Assembly: GCA_041577335.1 (NCBI GenBank)
Contig: JBFGJH010000032.1
Span: forward strand, 1 to 35,942
Length of the DNA stretch: 35,942 bases
DNA from: Acidimicrobiia bacterium
GTDB taxonomy: Bacteria > Actinomycetota > Acidimicrobiia > Spongiisociales > JAENVV01
Reading direction: 5' to 3'
A program made the translations under genes and the position numbers. The notes beneath the pieces are model-generated. The model was given only the letters and a program-made list of their open reading frames with translations. It searched no databases and was not told the origin of the DNA. Below are positions 18,540 through 27,616 of the stretch, in pieces; position 1 is the stretch's first letter, and each line of letters begins with the position of its first letter.

Positions 18540-18636
18540 GGAACGCGCCTCGTTGTGCTGCCGGTTTTAGTTCCCCTTCAACCGGCCCGCAATGAGTCCA
18601 CCGAAACCCCCGGCTCCGCCAGCCGGGGGTTTCCTC
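18540..18636 (+). ncRNA. Candidate two-hairpin sRNA with C-rich loops
   Basis: CTCGTTGTG/CGCAATGAG and GCCGGTT/AACCGGC stems with loop TTAGTTCCCCTTC; a 13-bp hairpin at 18603-18633; no plausible ORF. Confidence 0.55.
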
Positions 18637-18671
18637 GTCGACCCCCACCGTCTCGATGTTCACGAAACGGC

Positions 18672-18701
18672 TTGACATGTGAGCAAATACTCACCTATTA
18701 T
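18672..18701 (+). promoter_or_regulatory. Sigma70 promoter with an embedded ArsR-type operator
   Basis: TTGACA-18-TATTAT with a GTGAG-N6-CTCAC inverted repeat between the boxes. Confidence 0.7.
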
Positions 18702-18708
18702 CGGCGGC

Positions 18709-19494
18709 ATGGACGCGGTTTTCAAGGCGATCAATGACCCAAGCAGACGGCGATTGCTCGACGCTCTTTTTGAGCACGACGGCCAAACGCTCACCGAGCT
18801 GACCCGGCAACTTCCCGAAATGACCCGATTCGGAGTGATGAATCATCTCGGCGTCCTGGAGGAGGCTGGGATCATCAACACCCGACGAGAAGGCAGGACC
18901 AAGCTCCACTTTCTCAACTCGGTGCCCATCCGGCTCATTCACGATCGTTGGATCAGCAAATACACCGAAGCACAGGTCGGCATGATGGCCGACCTCAAGA
19001 CCCGGCTCGAGGAAGGATCCACCTTGTCACACCCTATTCACGTCTACAAGACATTCATCAACGCTCCCCGCCATGCAGTCTGGGAGGCAATGACCGACGG
19101 AGACCTGACGGTCCAGTACTTCTATGGGACGCGCGTAGCCTCCGATTGGGGGGTCGGAGACCCGATTCTCTACACATATCCAGACGGCAGCGTGGCCGCC
19201 GATGGAGAGGTCGTCGCCATCGACGCTCCCCGCCGGCTGGAGAGGACGTTCCACGCTCGATGGGACGCCGACCTCGAGGCAGAGGGACCCGTACGAGAGG
19301 TGTGGATCCTGAGCGAGGAAGGCGGCGTCACTGCACTAACACTCGAGCTGTATGGCGTCACCGCCGAGAGTGCCACCTATGCAGAATTCACCGGCGGGTA
19401 TGCCTACATCATTTCCGGCATGAAGACCTTGATCGAGACGGGGTCTGGGCTTCCCTCGCCTGCTCGAAAAGCGGGAAGGTCACGGGCCCGGTGA
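18709..19494 (+). CDS. ArsR-family regulator fused to an SRPBCC/AHSA1 domain
   Basis: MDAVFKAINDPSRRRLLDAL...MTRFGVMNHLGVLEEAG; C-terminal VWEAMTD...MKTLIETG; leaderless ATG. Confidence 0.9.
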   Translation: MDAVFKAINDPSRRRLLDALFEHDGQTLTELTRQLPEMTRFGVMNHLGVLEEAGIINTRREGRTKLHFLNSVPIRLIHDRWISKYTEAQVGMMADLKTRLEEGSTLSHPIHVYKTFINAPRHAVWEAMTDGDLTVQYFYGTRVASDWGVGDPILYTYPDGSVAADGEVVAIDAPRRLERTFHARWDADLEAEGPVREVWILSEEGGVTALTLELYGVTAESATYAEFTGGYAYIISGMKTLIETGSGLPSPARKAGRSRAR

Positions 19495-19570
19495 CGGTTG
19501 ACCTTAGAAATTGGTCATCGCCTCGACCGAGACCAGAGATGCGAAGGCTCGCCGTCCCGGCGTTTAGGTT

Positions 19571-19589
19571 TAGTTGCATAATGCAACTA
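19571..19589. promoter_or_regulatory. Perfect AT-rich operator palindrome (MarR-like) upstream of pirin
   Basis: TAGTTGCAT-a-ATGCAACTA. Confidence 0.65.
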
Positions 19590-19616
19590 CACTGACTCTC
19601 CACCAAAGGATCCTCC

Positions 19617-20609
19617 ATGCCCGCAGTCACGGCAGACACGCTGACACTTCCCCGAATCTCTCCGCCGGCCGACGCCGGCACGGGGTGGCGTCCAGTGCTC
19701 GGAACGGTAACCGCCAGCCGTCATCTCGAGGGCGAGGGCTTCGAGGTCAGGCGCCCGTTTCCGTCGCCCCGTCTTGCGATCGCTGATCCGTTCCTGTTGC
19801 TCGATCACATGGGCGCCGTCGAATACGCGCCCGGCGAGGCGAAGGGAACCCCCTGGCACCCTCACCGTGGATTCGAGACGGTGACGTACATCATCGACGG
19901 GGCTTTTGATCATGAGGACACCACGGGCGGGGGCGGCACGATCACGGACGGCGCCACCCAATGGATGACCGCCGGCGCGGGGATCCTCCACATCGAGGTC
20001 CCACCGCAGGAGCTCGTCACCAAAGGTGGGCTCTTCCACGGCGTGCAATTGTGGGTGAACCTTCCAGCATCAGCGAAGTGGACTCCCCCGAAGTATCAGG
20101 GAATCGAGGCTGACGATGTGAAGCTCGTGTCAAGCGCCGACGGCGGAGCGCTCGTTCGTATCATCGCCGGCGAGCTCGCCGGCCACATCGGTCCCGGGTC
20201 CACCTATACGCCAATCACCTACGCTCACGCCACGATCTCGGCCGACGCACGCTTGGCCCTTCCGTGGCCAAAAGACTTCAATGCCATGGTCTATGTGTTG
20301 TCGGGCCGCGGTCATGTCGGAGCCGAGGCAGTAGCTCTCGAGGAAGGTCAGTTGGCGTACTTCGGCGAAGGGGACGCCCTGGAGCTCACCGCGGCGGCGA
20401 CCCAGCCATTGGCTGCCGGCGGCACATGGGATGTTCTCCTTCTGGGCGGTCTGCCGATCCGCGAGCCGGTCGCCCGCTACGGGCCCTTCGTGATGAACAC
20501 CAAGGACGAAATCGTGCAGGCCTTCGAGGACTTCGAAGCCGGCCGTATGGGAACCATCCCTGCCCAATCGGTGCCCCATCGCACCAGCGTCGATGACGAG
20601 CTCACTTAG
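19617..20609 (+). CDS. Pirin family protein
   Basis: DPFLLLDH, WHPHRGFETVTY, QWMTAGAGILHIE, QLWVNLP and YGPFVMNT motifs. Confidence 0.95.
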   Translation: MPAVTADTLTLPRISPPADAGTGWRPVLGTVTASRHLEGEGFEVRRPFPSPRLAIADPFLLLDHMGAVEYAPGEAKGTPWHPHRGFETVTYIIDGAFDHEDTTGGGGTITDGATQWMTAGAGILHIEVPPQELVTKGGLFHGVQLWVNLPASAKWTPPKYQGIEADDVKLVSSADGGALVRIIAGELAGHIGPGSTYTPITYAHATISADARLALPWPKDFNAMVYVLSGRGHVGAEAVALEEGQLAYFGEGDALELTAAATQPLAAGGTWDVLLLGGLPIREPVARYGPFVMNTKDEIVQAFEDFEAGRMGTIPAQSVPHRTSVDDELT

Positions 20610-20615
20610 ATCTCC

Positions 20616-21341
20616 CTAGACGAACGTCGCCTCTCGCCCCCTGAGACGGTCGGCCAAGAGCCATAGGGTCGGTGCCCAGAACGCAGTGGTGCCGAGCATC
20701 TCCAGGGTCTCCTCGGCAGCCCGGAAGGCGTGGCTCACCGTGTACTCGGCGGCGCCGATGTTGGCGGCCCAGTCTTCGAACAAATTCTCGATGCCTTCGA
20801 GAAAATCGAATCCTTGAGCGATCGCGAAGCAGGCGAGGCAGGCCAAGAGAAGCGGTCTGCCTCTCTCAACATGTCGCCATGCCACGATGACGGCACCCAG
20901 CAGGCCGGCTGCCAGGACGGGCGCCACGAACAGCTGCCACGCGAAACTCGGGAAGTTGGACAAGACTCCGCTTCCTTCGCTGGCTCGTTCGAGGGCACTC
21001 CCCAGGCGCTCGTGGATCTCGGCGTTGTCATCGATGCCGACGTAGGTCCAGAAGATCGCTACGAAGAGCCACCCGCCCTCGCCGGCAGCGTCTCGCCGCT
21101 GCAGCCGCCACAGGGTAAACGCGGTGGCGCCCACGGCCACGGCCTGCAAGGAAGCGAAGAATGTCGGCAGGCTCTGCTCTCGAGCGATGTTGAAGATACG
21201 ACGCACGCTGATGTCGTCGAGGATGTCGAAGAAATTGAAGGTGTAGTTGAGGACGAGCAACAAGGCCTCGAGCGCGAGAACACCGATGAGGATGCGCCGG
21301 GCCAGTCGAACGGTGTCGAATTCGAAGCTTGGCGTGCTCAC
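20616..21341 (-). CDS. Hypothetical multi-pass membrane protein
   Basis: About six TM segments; REQSLPT, IDDNAEIHE and EETLEMLG polar motifs. Confidence 0.7.
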   Translation of the reverse strand: MSTPSFEFDTVRLARRILIGVLALEALLLVLNYTFNFFDILDDISVRRIFNIAREQSLPTFFASLQAVAVGATAFTLWRLQRRDAAGEGGWLFVAIFWTYVGIDDNAEIHERLGSALERASEGSGVLSNFPSFAWQLFVAPVLAAGLLGAVIVAWRHVERGRPLLLACLACFAIAQGFDFLEGIENLFEDWAANIGAAEYTVSHAFRAAEETLEMLGTTAFWAPTLWLLADRLRGREATFV

Positions 21342-21352
21342 GGTTGAGCACG

Positions 21353-21913
21353 TTAGCCAGATACCTCTTGTTCAGTCAGGAAGGCAACCACATCGGCGGC
21401 GTTGCGGTCCGGCGGAAAGACCGGATACCAGAGCTTCCGAATCACACCGTTGGATATGGCCATCGTGAGCCTCTTGTAGAGGCCAAGTTCGGAATAGACG
21501 GGCAGCGAGAGCGGTGCCTCGGCAAGTGTCATCTCATGATCGTTCAAAAGCGGGAACGGGATGTGCATGCGCGCGGCGAATTCCCGCTGCTCCGAGAACG
21601 GCTGGGCACTGATCCCTCTCACCGAAGCGCCCAACGCGGCAAGCTCATCATGATGATCCCGAAAGGAGCACGACTGCGGAGTACAGCCTCTCGCTCCTGG
21701 GATGAGATCCCAATCGTCTGGAAGAACGATGCCTGGGCCACCGGTTCGTGGGTACACGTAGAGCACCGTCCACGGCGTGTCGGCGACCAGTGACATGGCA
21801 CCGTGGGTTCCCGCCAGCTCGATGCCTCGGACCGACACCCCGCCGAGATGATCGGCCGCTCCGTCATCCGTCGGTACAGGAAGGTCGGGAGGTAGGGACG
21901 AAAGGTCGGTCAT
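21353..21913 (-). CDS. Peroxiredoxin (AhpC/TSA, redoxin domain)
   Basis: LPPDLPVPTDDGAADHL, YVYPRTG, PGARGCTPQSCSFRD and YPVFPPD motifs. Confidence 0.92.
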   Translation of the reverse strand: MTDLSSLPPDLPVPTDDGAADHLGGVSVRGIELAGTHGAMSLVADTPWTVLYVYPRTGGPGIVLPDDWDLIPGARGCTPQSCSFRDHHDELAALGASVRGISAQPFSEQREFAARMHIPFPLLNDHEMTLAEAPLSLPVYSELGLYKRLTMAISNGVIRKLWYPVFPPDRNAADVVAFLTEQEVSG

Positions 21914-21986
21914 TCGGCTCCACCCTATCTGGTGACCTTGTCACGAATGCGGGATCCGGCTGCGGGCGGTGCCCTAGCCTGCTGCG

Positions 21987-22901
21987 GTGCAACCGCGTGT
22001 CTGGCTCGCCATATCTGCAGCCGCCATTGGGTGGGGTACCAGCGGTGTCTCGACGCGTTCCGCTCTCGACCAAGGAGTGCCGCCGGTCACGATGGTGATG
22101 CTTCGAGTGCTGATCGCGACCGGAGCCATCTACCTCTTCATGGCGACGACGCGCTCTGTCAGCCGGCCCAGCCGCCCGGGGGTCCGGGTGGGGCTCACCT
22201 TGGGAGTGTTCAACCTGACCGTGCCCTTTGTCGCCTCGACGATTGCGCTGCAATATGCCGGTGCCGGATTCGTGGGCCTGATCATTGCGTTGATACCTCT
22301 GGCGACAGCAATCGTCGCCAACTTCCTTCTGCCCGACGAACCACTGCGGGGCTTCAAGATCGCAGCGTTATCCGTCGGTTTCGCGGGTGTTGGAGTGCTG
22401 CTCATCTCGGGTGAAAGCGGAATCGGGTCGGTTGGGCGACCGCTGGCCGCCACCTCCCTCATGGCCGTTGCCGTGGCATCCATCGCTTGGGCGAATGTCT
22501 ACGCCAAACAAAACGAGCGGCATTTCGAGGCAGCTCAAGTCACTGGGTTGCAGTTCGCCTTCGGATTCCTCATAACGTTGCCCATCGCCTTCGTGACCGA
22601 CGGGCCGCCCGTCCAGTACTCGACCTGGGCGTGGGCGATGATCGGCTATCAGGCGATTGCCGGATCGGCATTGCCGTTCCTTCTGTATTTCTGGGCGCTC
22701 AAACGCGCTTCGGTCACCAAGGTGGCGCTGGTTGCGTATATGGTGCCGCTGATTTCTCTGATCTCAGGCATCGTCATCTTGGGCGAGCAAGCCGGCCTCG
22801 GTATCGCCATCGGCGGTGGTCTCATCCTGGGAAGCGTCATCCTGGTGGATCAGTCCGACCGGTGGATGCTCAGCCGGGCCGGCGCCTCGGCCGCCAAGTA
22901 G
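21987..22901 (+). CDS. DMT/EamA family transporter
   Basis: About 10 TM segments in two EamA repeats; TAGCCT -10 then GTG. Confidence 0.9.
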   Translation: MQPRVWLAISAAAIGWGTSGVSTRSALDQGVPPVTMVMLRVLIATGAIYLFMATTRSVSRPSRPGVRVGLTLGVFNLTVPFVASTIALQYAGAGFVGLIIALIPLATAIVANFLLPDEPLRGFKIAALSVGFAGVGVLLISGESGIGSVGRPLAATSLMAVAVASIAWANVYAKQNERHFEAAQVTGLQFAFGFLITLPIAFVTDGPPVQYSTWAWAMIGYQAIAGSALPFLLYFWALKRASVTKVALVAYMVPLISLISGIVILGEQAGLGIAIGGGLILGSVILVDQSDRWMLSRAGASAAK

Positions 22902-23052
22902 AGCCTCCTACCTCGTCGACAGACATGGATTCGGCTTCGAGCCCGCATGGCGTGCGACTCTCGGGCCCGCGTCGGGCCCTTCTGTCGAGTTTCGCTCTCT
23001 TCGGGCCCACGAACTTCAACCTGTGGGCCCAGGGTTGCAGAAACGCGTCACT

Positions 23053-23077
23053 GAACCCGGGGTACAACCCGGGGTTC
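23053..23077. repeat. REP-like palindrome GAACCCGGGGTWCAACCCGGGGTTC (copy 1)
   Basis: Near-identical copies at 29203-29227 and 29250-29274. Confidence 0.75.
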
Positions 23078-23084
23078 GAGGTCG

Positions 23085-24494
23085 TCAGGGGGCGACGTCG
23101 CGGCCGATGTCGGAGAAGAGGGTGAATTCCGCCAGAAATGTCATGTCGACCGGTCCGGTCGAGCCGGCTCGGTGCTTGGCCACGATCACTTCGGCCTTGC
23201 CCTTGGACTCGGTGTCTTCGGGGTAGTAATACTCGTTGCGATAGATGAACATCACCACATCGGCATCCTGTTCGATTGCTCCCGACTCGCGCAGGTCTCC
23301 CAGTCGGGGCCGCTTGTCCTCACGGCCTTCCAATGACCGGTTGAGCTGCGACACGGCAATGATCGGAACGTCGAGCTCCCGGGCCAGCGTCTTGAGGTTT
23401 CGGCTGATTTCAGCGATCTCCTGCTGACGGTTCTCGCGACCACGACCCTCCATGAGCTGCAAGTAGTCCACAACCACCAGATCGAGGCCCCTCTGCCGCC
23501 GAAGGCGGCGGCACTTCGCCCTTATGTCAGTAAGAGTGATGTTGGAGGCATCATCGACGTAGATCGGCGACTCGAACAGCTTGCCGGCGGCCCGCACCAC
23601 GTTCTGCCATTCGCGAGGATCGAGCTGACCCGCTCGGAGCTTCATCGAGTCGACCCGGCCCACGGAGCACAGCAACCGTTGAATGATCTCCTCTTTACCC
23701 ATCTCCATGGAGAAGATGGCCACCACTCCCCCGCGAGTTGCCACATTGGAGGCGATGTTCATCGCCAATGCGCTCTTGCCCATGGCCGGCCTTGCGGCGA
23801 TCACGACCAAATTGGACTCCTGTAGACCGGACAGCTTCCGGTCCAGGTCTCGAAAGCCGGTGGCCAGCCCAGTGATCTCCGAGGTGTTGGCCCCCAGTTC
23901 TTCGATCTTCTCGATGGCGGCGTCGATGTGGTCGCTGACCGCAATGAGGCCACCACCGATCTTGCGCTCGGCAACACGCAAGACCGCCTGCTCGGCCTCA
24001 TCCACCACGGTATCGATTTCCTCATCCACCTGATACGCCCAGTCGGTGACCTGTCCGCCCGCTGCCATGAGCCTCCGGCGCAGAGCAGCTTCCTCGACGA
24101 TGTCGGCGTAATACTCGACCCGGCTGGCGACAGGCACTGCGTCCATCAGTTCGGTGACGAAACGGACACCGCCGATTCTCTCGAGCTCGGACTGCCGTCG
24201 CAGCTGATCGGTCAGGGTGACGGCGTCGATCGGTTGATTGGCGTTGTAGAGGACCTGGACCGCTTCGTAGATGCTCTGATGAGCAGGCACATAGAAGTCT
24301 TCGGCGTCGAGCTTGTCGAGGACGACGTTGGCCGCATCCTTTGAGATGAGTATGGCGCCGAGCACCGACTCCTCGGCTTCCTTGTTGTAGGGAGGCGTAC
24401 GAAGCCCTGAGCCACTCGCTCTCCTGGAGCCGTTGCCGCCGGACGGCGGCGCGTAGGCATCAAGAGGAGGTTCGTTGCGGCTCTCGGTCGTCAT
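23085..24494 (-). CDS. dnaB: Replicative DNA helicase
   Basis: EAEESVLGAIL, AARPAMGKS, DYLQLM, SQLNR and DLRESGAIEQDAD motifs; no intein. Confidence 0.97.
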   Translation of the reverse strand: MTTESRNEPPLDAYAPPSGGNGSRRASGSGLRTPPYNKEAEESVLGAILISKDAANVVLDKLDAEDFYVPAHQSIYEAVQVLYNANQPIDAVTLTDQLRRQSELERIGGVRFVTELMDAVPVASRVEYYADIVEEAALRRRLMAAGGQVTDWAYQVDEEIDTVVDEAEQAVLRVAERKIGGGLIAVSDHIDAAIEKIEELGANTSEITGLATGFRDLDRKLSGLQESNLVVIAARPAMGKSALAMNIASNVATRGGVVAIFSMEMGKEEIIQRLLCSVGRVDSMKLRAGQLDPREWQNVVRAAGKLFESPIYVDDASNITLTDIRAKCRRLRRQRGLDLVVVDYLQLMEGRGRENRQQEIAEISRNLKTLARELDVPIIAVSQLNRSLEGREDKRPRLGDLRESGAIEQDADVVMFIYRNEYYYPEDTESKGKAEVIVAKHRAGSTGPVDMTFLAEFTLFSDIGRDVAP

Positions 24495-24532
24495 CTAGCG
24501 TCCTGTTCGATAGGTCCGTTCCGGAATCGACA

Positions 24533-24979
24533 CTATGCCGGGATGATGTCGAGAGTCAGCGTGAATTGAACGTCGGCGTGCAGCTTGACAGGGATCTCGT
24601 GGAGACCGATGTCCTTGATTGGACGCTCGAGCTGAATGGTCTTTCTATCGAGGATGACCCCGGTGAATTTGGATACGCCCTCGGCGATGTCAGCGGCACC
24701 GATCGAGCCGAACAACTTGCCTTCGTCTCCCGCCTGGGCGGCGATGACCACCCGGCTCGATACCAGGTTGGCGGCAATCGCTTCGGCTTCCTCGCGGGCC
24801 TTCCTGGCGGCCTCCAAACGCGACTCTTTGAGAGCCTCGGCGTGTTTGAGCGCGCCACTCGTAGCCTTGATGGCCAGGTTGCGGGGCAGCAGATAGTTCC
24901 GGGCATACCCGTCGGCCACTTCGACAATATCGCCTTCCGTACCGAGGTCATCCACCGGAGAGGTGAGGATCAGCTTCAT
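24533..24979 (-). CDS. rplI: 50S ribosomal protein L9
   Basis: [12 protein letters not shown] and GKLFGSI motifs. Confidence 0.97.
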   Translation of the reverse strand: MKLILTSPVDDLGTEGDIVEVADGYARNYLLPRNLAIKATSGALKHAEALKESRLEAARKAREEAEAIAANLVSSRVVIAAQAGDEGKLFGSIGAADIAEGVSKFTGVILDRKTIQLERPIKDIGLHEIPVKLHADVQFTLTLDIIPA

Positions 24980-25230
24980 CGGTTCAGGTATGGCAGCAAG
25001 GCCATCTCGCGGGCGTTCTTGATCGCCACGGCCACCTCACGCTGGTGTTGCGCGCAGTTGCCGGTCACTCGCAGAGAGCGGATCTTGGCCCGGTCGGACA
25101 TGTACCTGCGCAGAACTGCGACGTCCTTGTAGTCGATGTAATCGACCTTGTCCTTACAGAACTGGCAGACCTTCTTTTTCTTGTTGCGGTTTGAGTCGGG
25201 GCGCCGACGCCGCTGTGGTTTTTTCGCCAT
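24976..25230 (-). CDS. rpsR: 30S ribosomal protein S18 (Zn-binding C+ form)
   Basis: CQFC...IDYKD...TGNCAQHQR. Confidence 0.97.
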   Translation of the reverse strand: MAKKPQRRRRPDSNRNKKKKVCQFCKDKVDYIDYKDVAVLRRYMSDRAKIRSLRVTGNCAQHQREVAVAIKNAREMALLPYLNR

Positions 25231-25245
25231 GAGTATCTCCTCGAC

Positions 25246-25695
25246 CTAGAACGGGGCCTCATCGGGGCCGTAATCGTCACGGGCAACTGGAGCCGCAGGA
25301 ACCGAGGTTCCGCCGTTTCCGCCGCCAAAGTCGCCTCCGGAGCGAGCGGTCTTCGTCACCGCCGCGGTTGCCCATCGGAGGCTCGGGCCGAGCTCGTCAA
25401 TGCGGATCTCGACCACCGAGCGCTTCTCGCCTTCTTTGGTTTCCCAGTTCCTCTGCTCGAGCGAACCGGTGACGATGACGCGCATTCCCTTCTGAAGGGA
25501 TTCCGATGCGTTCTCGGCGGCCTCTCGCCACAGTGTCCCGCCAAAAAAACCGGTCTCTTCTTGCCACTCGCCGGCCTGGTCTCTCCATCGCCGGTTGACG
25601 GCAACCCGCACCCGAACCATGGGTACCCCCGACTGGGTGTAACGGAGCTCGGGCTCTTCGACGAGGTTGCCAATGATTGTTACTGAGTTTGTCAT
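25246..25695 (-). CDS. ssb: Single-stranded DNA-binding protein
   Basis: GNLVEEPELRYT, GPSLRWATA and acidic DEAPF tail. Confidence 0.97.
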   Translation of the reverse strand: MTNSVTIIGNLVEEPELRYTQSGVPMVRVRVAVNRRWRDQAGEWQEETGFFGGTLWREAAENASESLQKGMRVIVTGSLEQRNWETKEGEKRSVVEIRIDELGPSLRWATAAVTKTARSGGDFGGGNGGTSVPAAPVARDDYGPDEAPF

Positions 25696-25755
25696 TCTTC
25701 CCTCTCCTGGGCTTGGTCCTCACACCATGAAACGACGGTGTGACAGAAAACCGTC

Positions 25756-26049
25756 CTACTGATCTGCGAGCCGCATCACTTTGTGTCGGACAACAGCATC
25801 GGAAAGGCCAAGTGCCCGATCGAGGAGATCCACCGGCTCGTGCGCTTCGGTGTCGAACGTCACCACTGCGTAGTGCCCCTCATTGATGTGGTCGATCTCA
25901 TAGGCAAAGCGACGCTTGCCCCACAGATCGGTCTCGACGATCGTCGCGCCTCGAGTTTCGACGAGGGTTTCGATCTCTTTCACCTTGGCCTGGATCTCTG
26001 CTTCTTGGAGCTCGGGCCGGTGAATGACCATGACTTCATATCTCCGCAT
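25756..26049 (-). CDS. rpsF: 30S ribosomal protein S6
   Basis: MRRYEVMVIHRP and WGKRRFAYEI motifs; RBS AGGAGG. Confidence 0.97.
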   Translation of the reverse strand: MRRYEVMVIHRPELQEAEIQAKVKEIETLVETRGATIVETDLWGKRRFAYEIDHINEGHYAVVTFDTEAHEPVDLLDRALGLSDAVVRHKVMRLADQ

Positions 26050-26051
26050 GT

Positions 26052-26140
26052 TGAACCTCCTGTGGACATCCGAATCGGAAGGCCCCCGCGATGAGGGCAG
26101 GACACGCACGACACCTTGCGGAAGGGGGAGTGCGAGCCCG
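26052..26140 (-). promoter_or_regulatory. Probable S6:S18 autoregulatory leader
   Basis: TCCTG can pair with CAGGA(GG) over the SD, with internal hairpins; TACACT -10 upstream; expected position before rpsF. Confidence 0.45.
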
Positions 26141-26216
26141 CAGTGTAACGATCCCTCCTGATCTTGCCCAAGCGACGCCTGGCTAGATTTCGCGATGCTG
26201 TTGCATCGTGGGCGCG

Positions 26217-27035
26217 TCAGGCGGGAGCCAGTGCCCACCATTCGGTGTGAGTAGCCGATTCACCTGGGCCTAGCGTGACGAGAGGCCCGGCCGTCTCGAG
26301 TTCCACGAACTGTTCGTTGGCATATATTTGGCCGTTGGCGCCTAGGTCACCGTGGACCCCGCCCGGGCTCGCCTCGATTCGTTTGCTGAAACGGAGCCCG
26401 TCGAGGTCGTAGGTGAGCACGCCAGTCCCGCCAATGACGGTCCCTACCTTGGTTGGCGTAGACCGTCCGGCCAGCAGCCGAATCTCGTCGTTGTCCAGCT
26501 CCACCAGCGGATCGGCCCAATTCGTGTACGGCCATGCCACGACCAGGCGATTGGGTTGGAGGCCATGCTCGTCGAGCGCGGTCGTGGCCAGGGGGAGCCG
26601 TGCGGTCCCGCCGGGCCGCAGCTGGGTGATCGCCCAAACGGCCGCCTCGGCCGATGTTCCCGTCTGGTTGGAGAGACGGTGGCCCACCTGCACTTCTTCC
26701 CCATCGAAAGCAATCGAGATCGCCTTTGCAAAGGGCCCATCGTCGCTCCGCACCGTTGTCTGGCCCCCCCGCTCTTCGAGCGTCACCGGAAGGTCATCAG
26801 GGGCATACGTGATCTCTGGCACCTCCGGCGCCACCCACAAACGGTGGCCACCGTAGAACGTGTACCGATCGCCGGTGTCCCGGTCGATTCCTGCCGAACC
26901 GAGCTCGGCGAAGACATTGTGCCCACCGGCGAGGCGGAGCCCGAGAAGCCGCGGACCGAATTGGGTGGCGACCGCCACCTCGAGGCGGCCATCTGAGATC
27001 CAGACCACATCGTGGCCTGCCAACGTCGTGTTCAC
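26217..27035 (-). CDS. Hypothetical protein, galactose-mutarotase-like (DUF4380-like)
   Basis: GPRLL, YGGHRLWVAPE, WAITQL and VELETAGPL motifs. Confidence 0.7.
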   Translation of the reverse strand: MNTTLAGHDVVWISDGRLEVAVATQFGPRLLGLRLAGGHNVFAELGSAGIDRDTGDRYTFYGGHRLWVAPEVPEITYAPDDLPVTLEERGGQTTVRSDDGPFAKAISIAFDGEEVQVGHRLSNQTGTSAEAAVWAITQLRPGGTARLPLATTALDEHGLQPNRLVVAWPYTNWADPLVELDNDEIRLLAGRSTPTKVGTVIGGTGVLTYDLDGLRFSKRIEASPGGVHGDLGANGQIYANEQFVELETAGPLVTLGPGESATHTEWWALAPA

Positions 27036-27616
27036 CGCACCAGCACCGAGTCGCCGGGCAGTCCCAGAAGCGTTCCGGCGGGTCGTTCGAGCGCAAACGT
27101 ATACGGCCCATCAGGTCGGTATCGATCGCATTCGGCGTCTGCGAACTCCGCCGGGCAGGGCAGCATGGTGAGAACCTTCACGAGCGTGCCGTCGCCTTCG
27201 AAGAAAGCAATGTCCAGCGGAACCAAGGTGTTGCGCATCCAGAAGGCGCCATTGGTCGCCAGTTCGTAAACGAACAGCATGCCGTGGAGGTTGCCAAAGT
27301 CGACAACGCCCATCAGGCCCCGGCTGCGCAGCTCCGGCGTATCGGCGATCGCAACCAGGAGCGTCTCGCCATTGAGCTCGATCGATGCCGTCTCGAAACC
27401 GCGAATATCACCGGTGTCGACCTCGGTAGGCACATCGCCGGTCACCGGCGGTGTCGAGGTGGTGGGCGGCACGGATGTGGTCGCCGGCGCCCCCGTCACG
27501 GTTGTGACAGTGCTGTCGGCAGGTGGGCCTGCTTCAGATTCGGGTGTCGTAGCAGCCGTCGACGATCCGCAGGCGACCGTCAGCGCTACCAGGACATAGG
27601 CCAGGAAACGTCGCGT
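27032..27616 (-). CDS. DUF192 family lipoprotein; apparent ACG start
   Basis: IADTPELRSRGLM, GMLFVY, FWMRNTLVPLDIAF and ALE motifs; the frame extends to a signal peptide with lipobox RRFLAYVLVALTVAC. Confidence 0.85.
   Translation of the reverse strand, partial: TRRFLAYVLVALTVACGSSTAATTPESEAGPPADSTVTTVTGAPATTSVPPTTSTPPVTGDVPTEVDTGDIRGFETASIELNGETLLVAIADTPELRSRGLMGVVDFGNLHGMLFVYELATNGAFWMRNTLVPLDIAFFEGDGTLVKVLTMLPCPAEFADAECDRYRPDGPYTFALERPAGTLLGLPGDSVLVR

Noticed and set aside
22905..23030. Hairpin-rich stretch between the DMT gene and dnaB as an ncRNA
   Set aside because: The GGGCCC-based stems fit terminator or REP debris between convergent genes; no promoter or distinctive loop motif was seen.
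23085..24494. Intein in DnaB
   Set aside because: The 469-aa length and contiguous helicase motifs leave no room for an insertion.
24495..24532. LexA/SOS box upstream of dnaB (TCGAACAGG...)
   Set aside because: Only one half-site matches CGAAC-N4-GTTCG.
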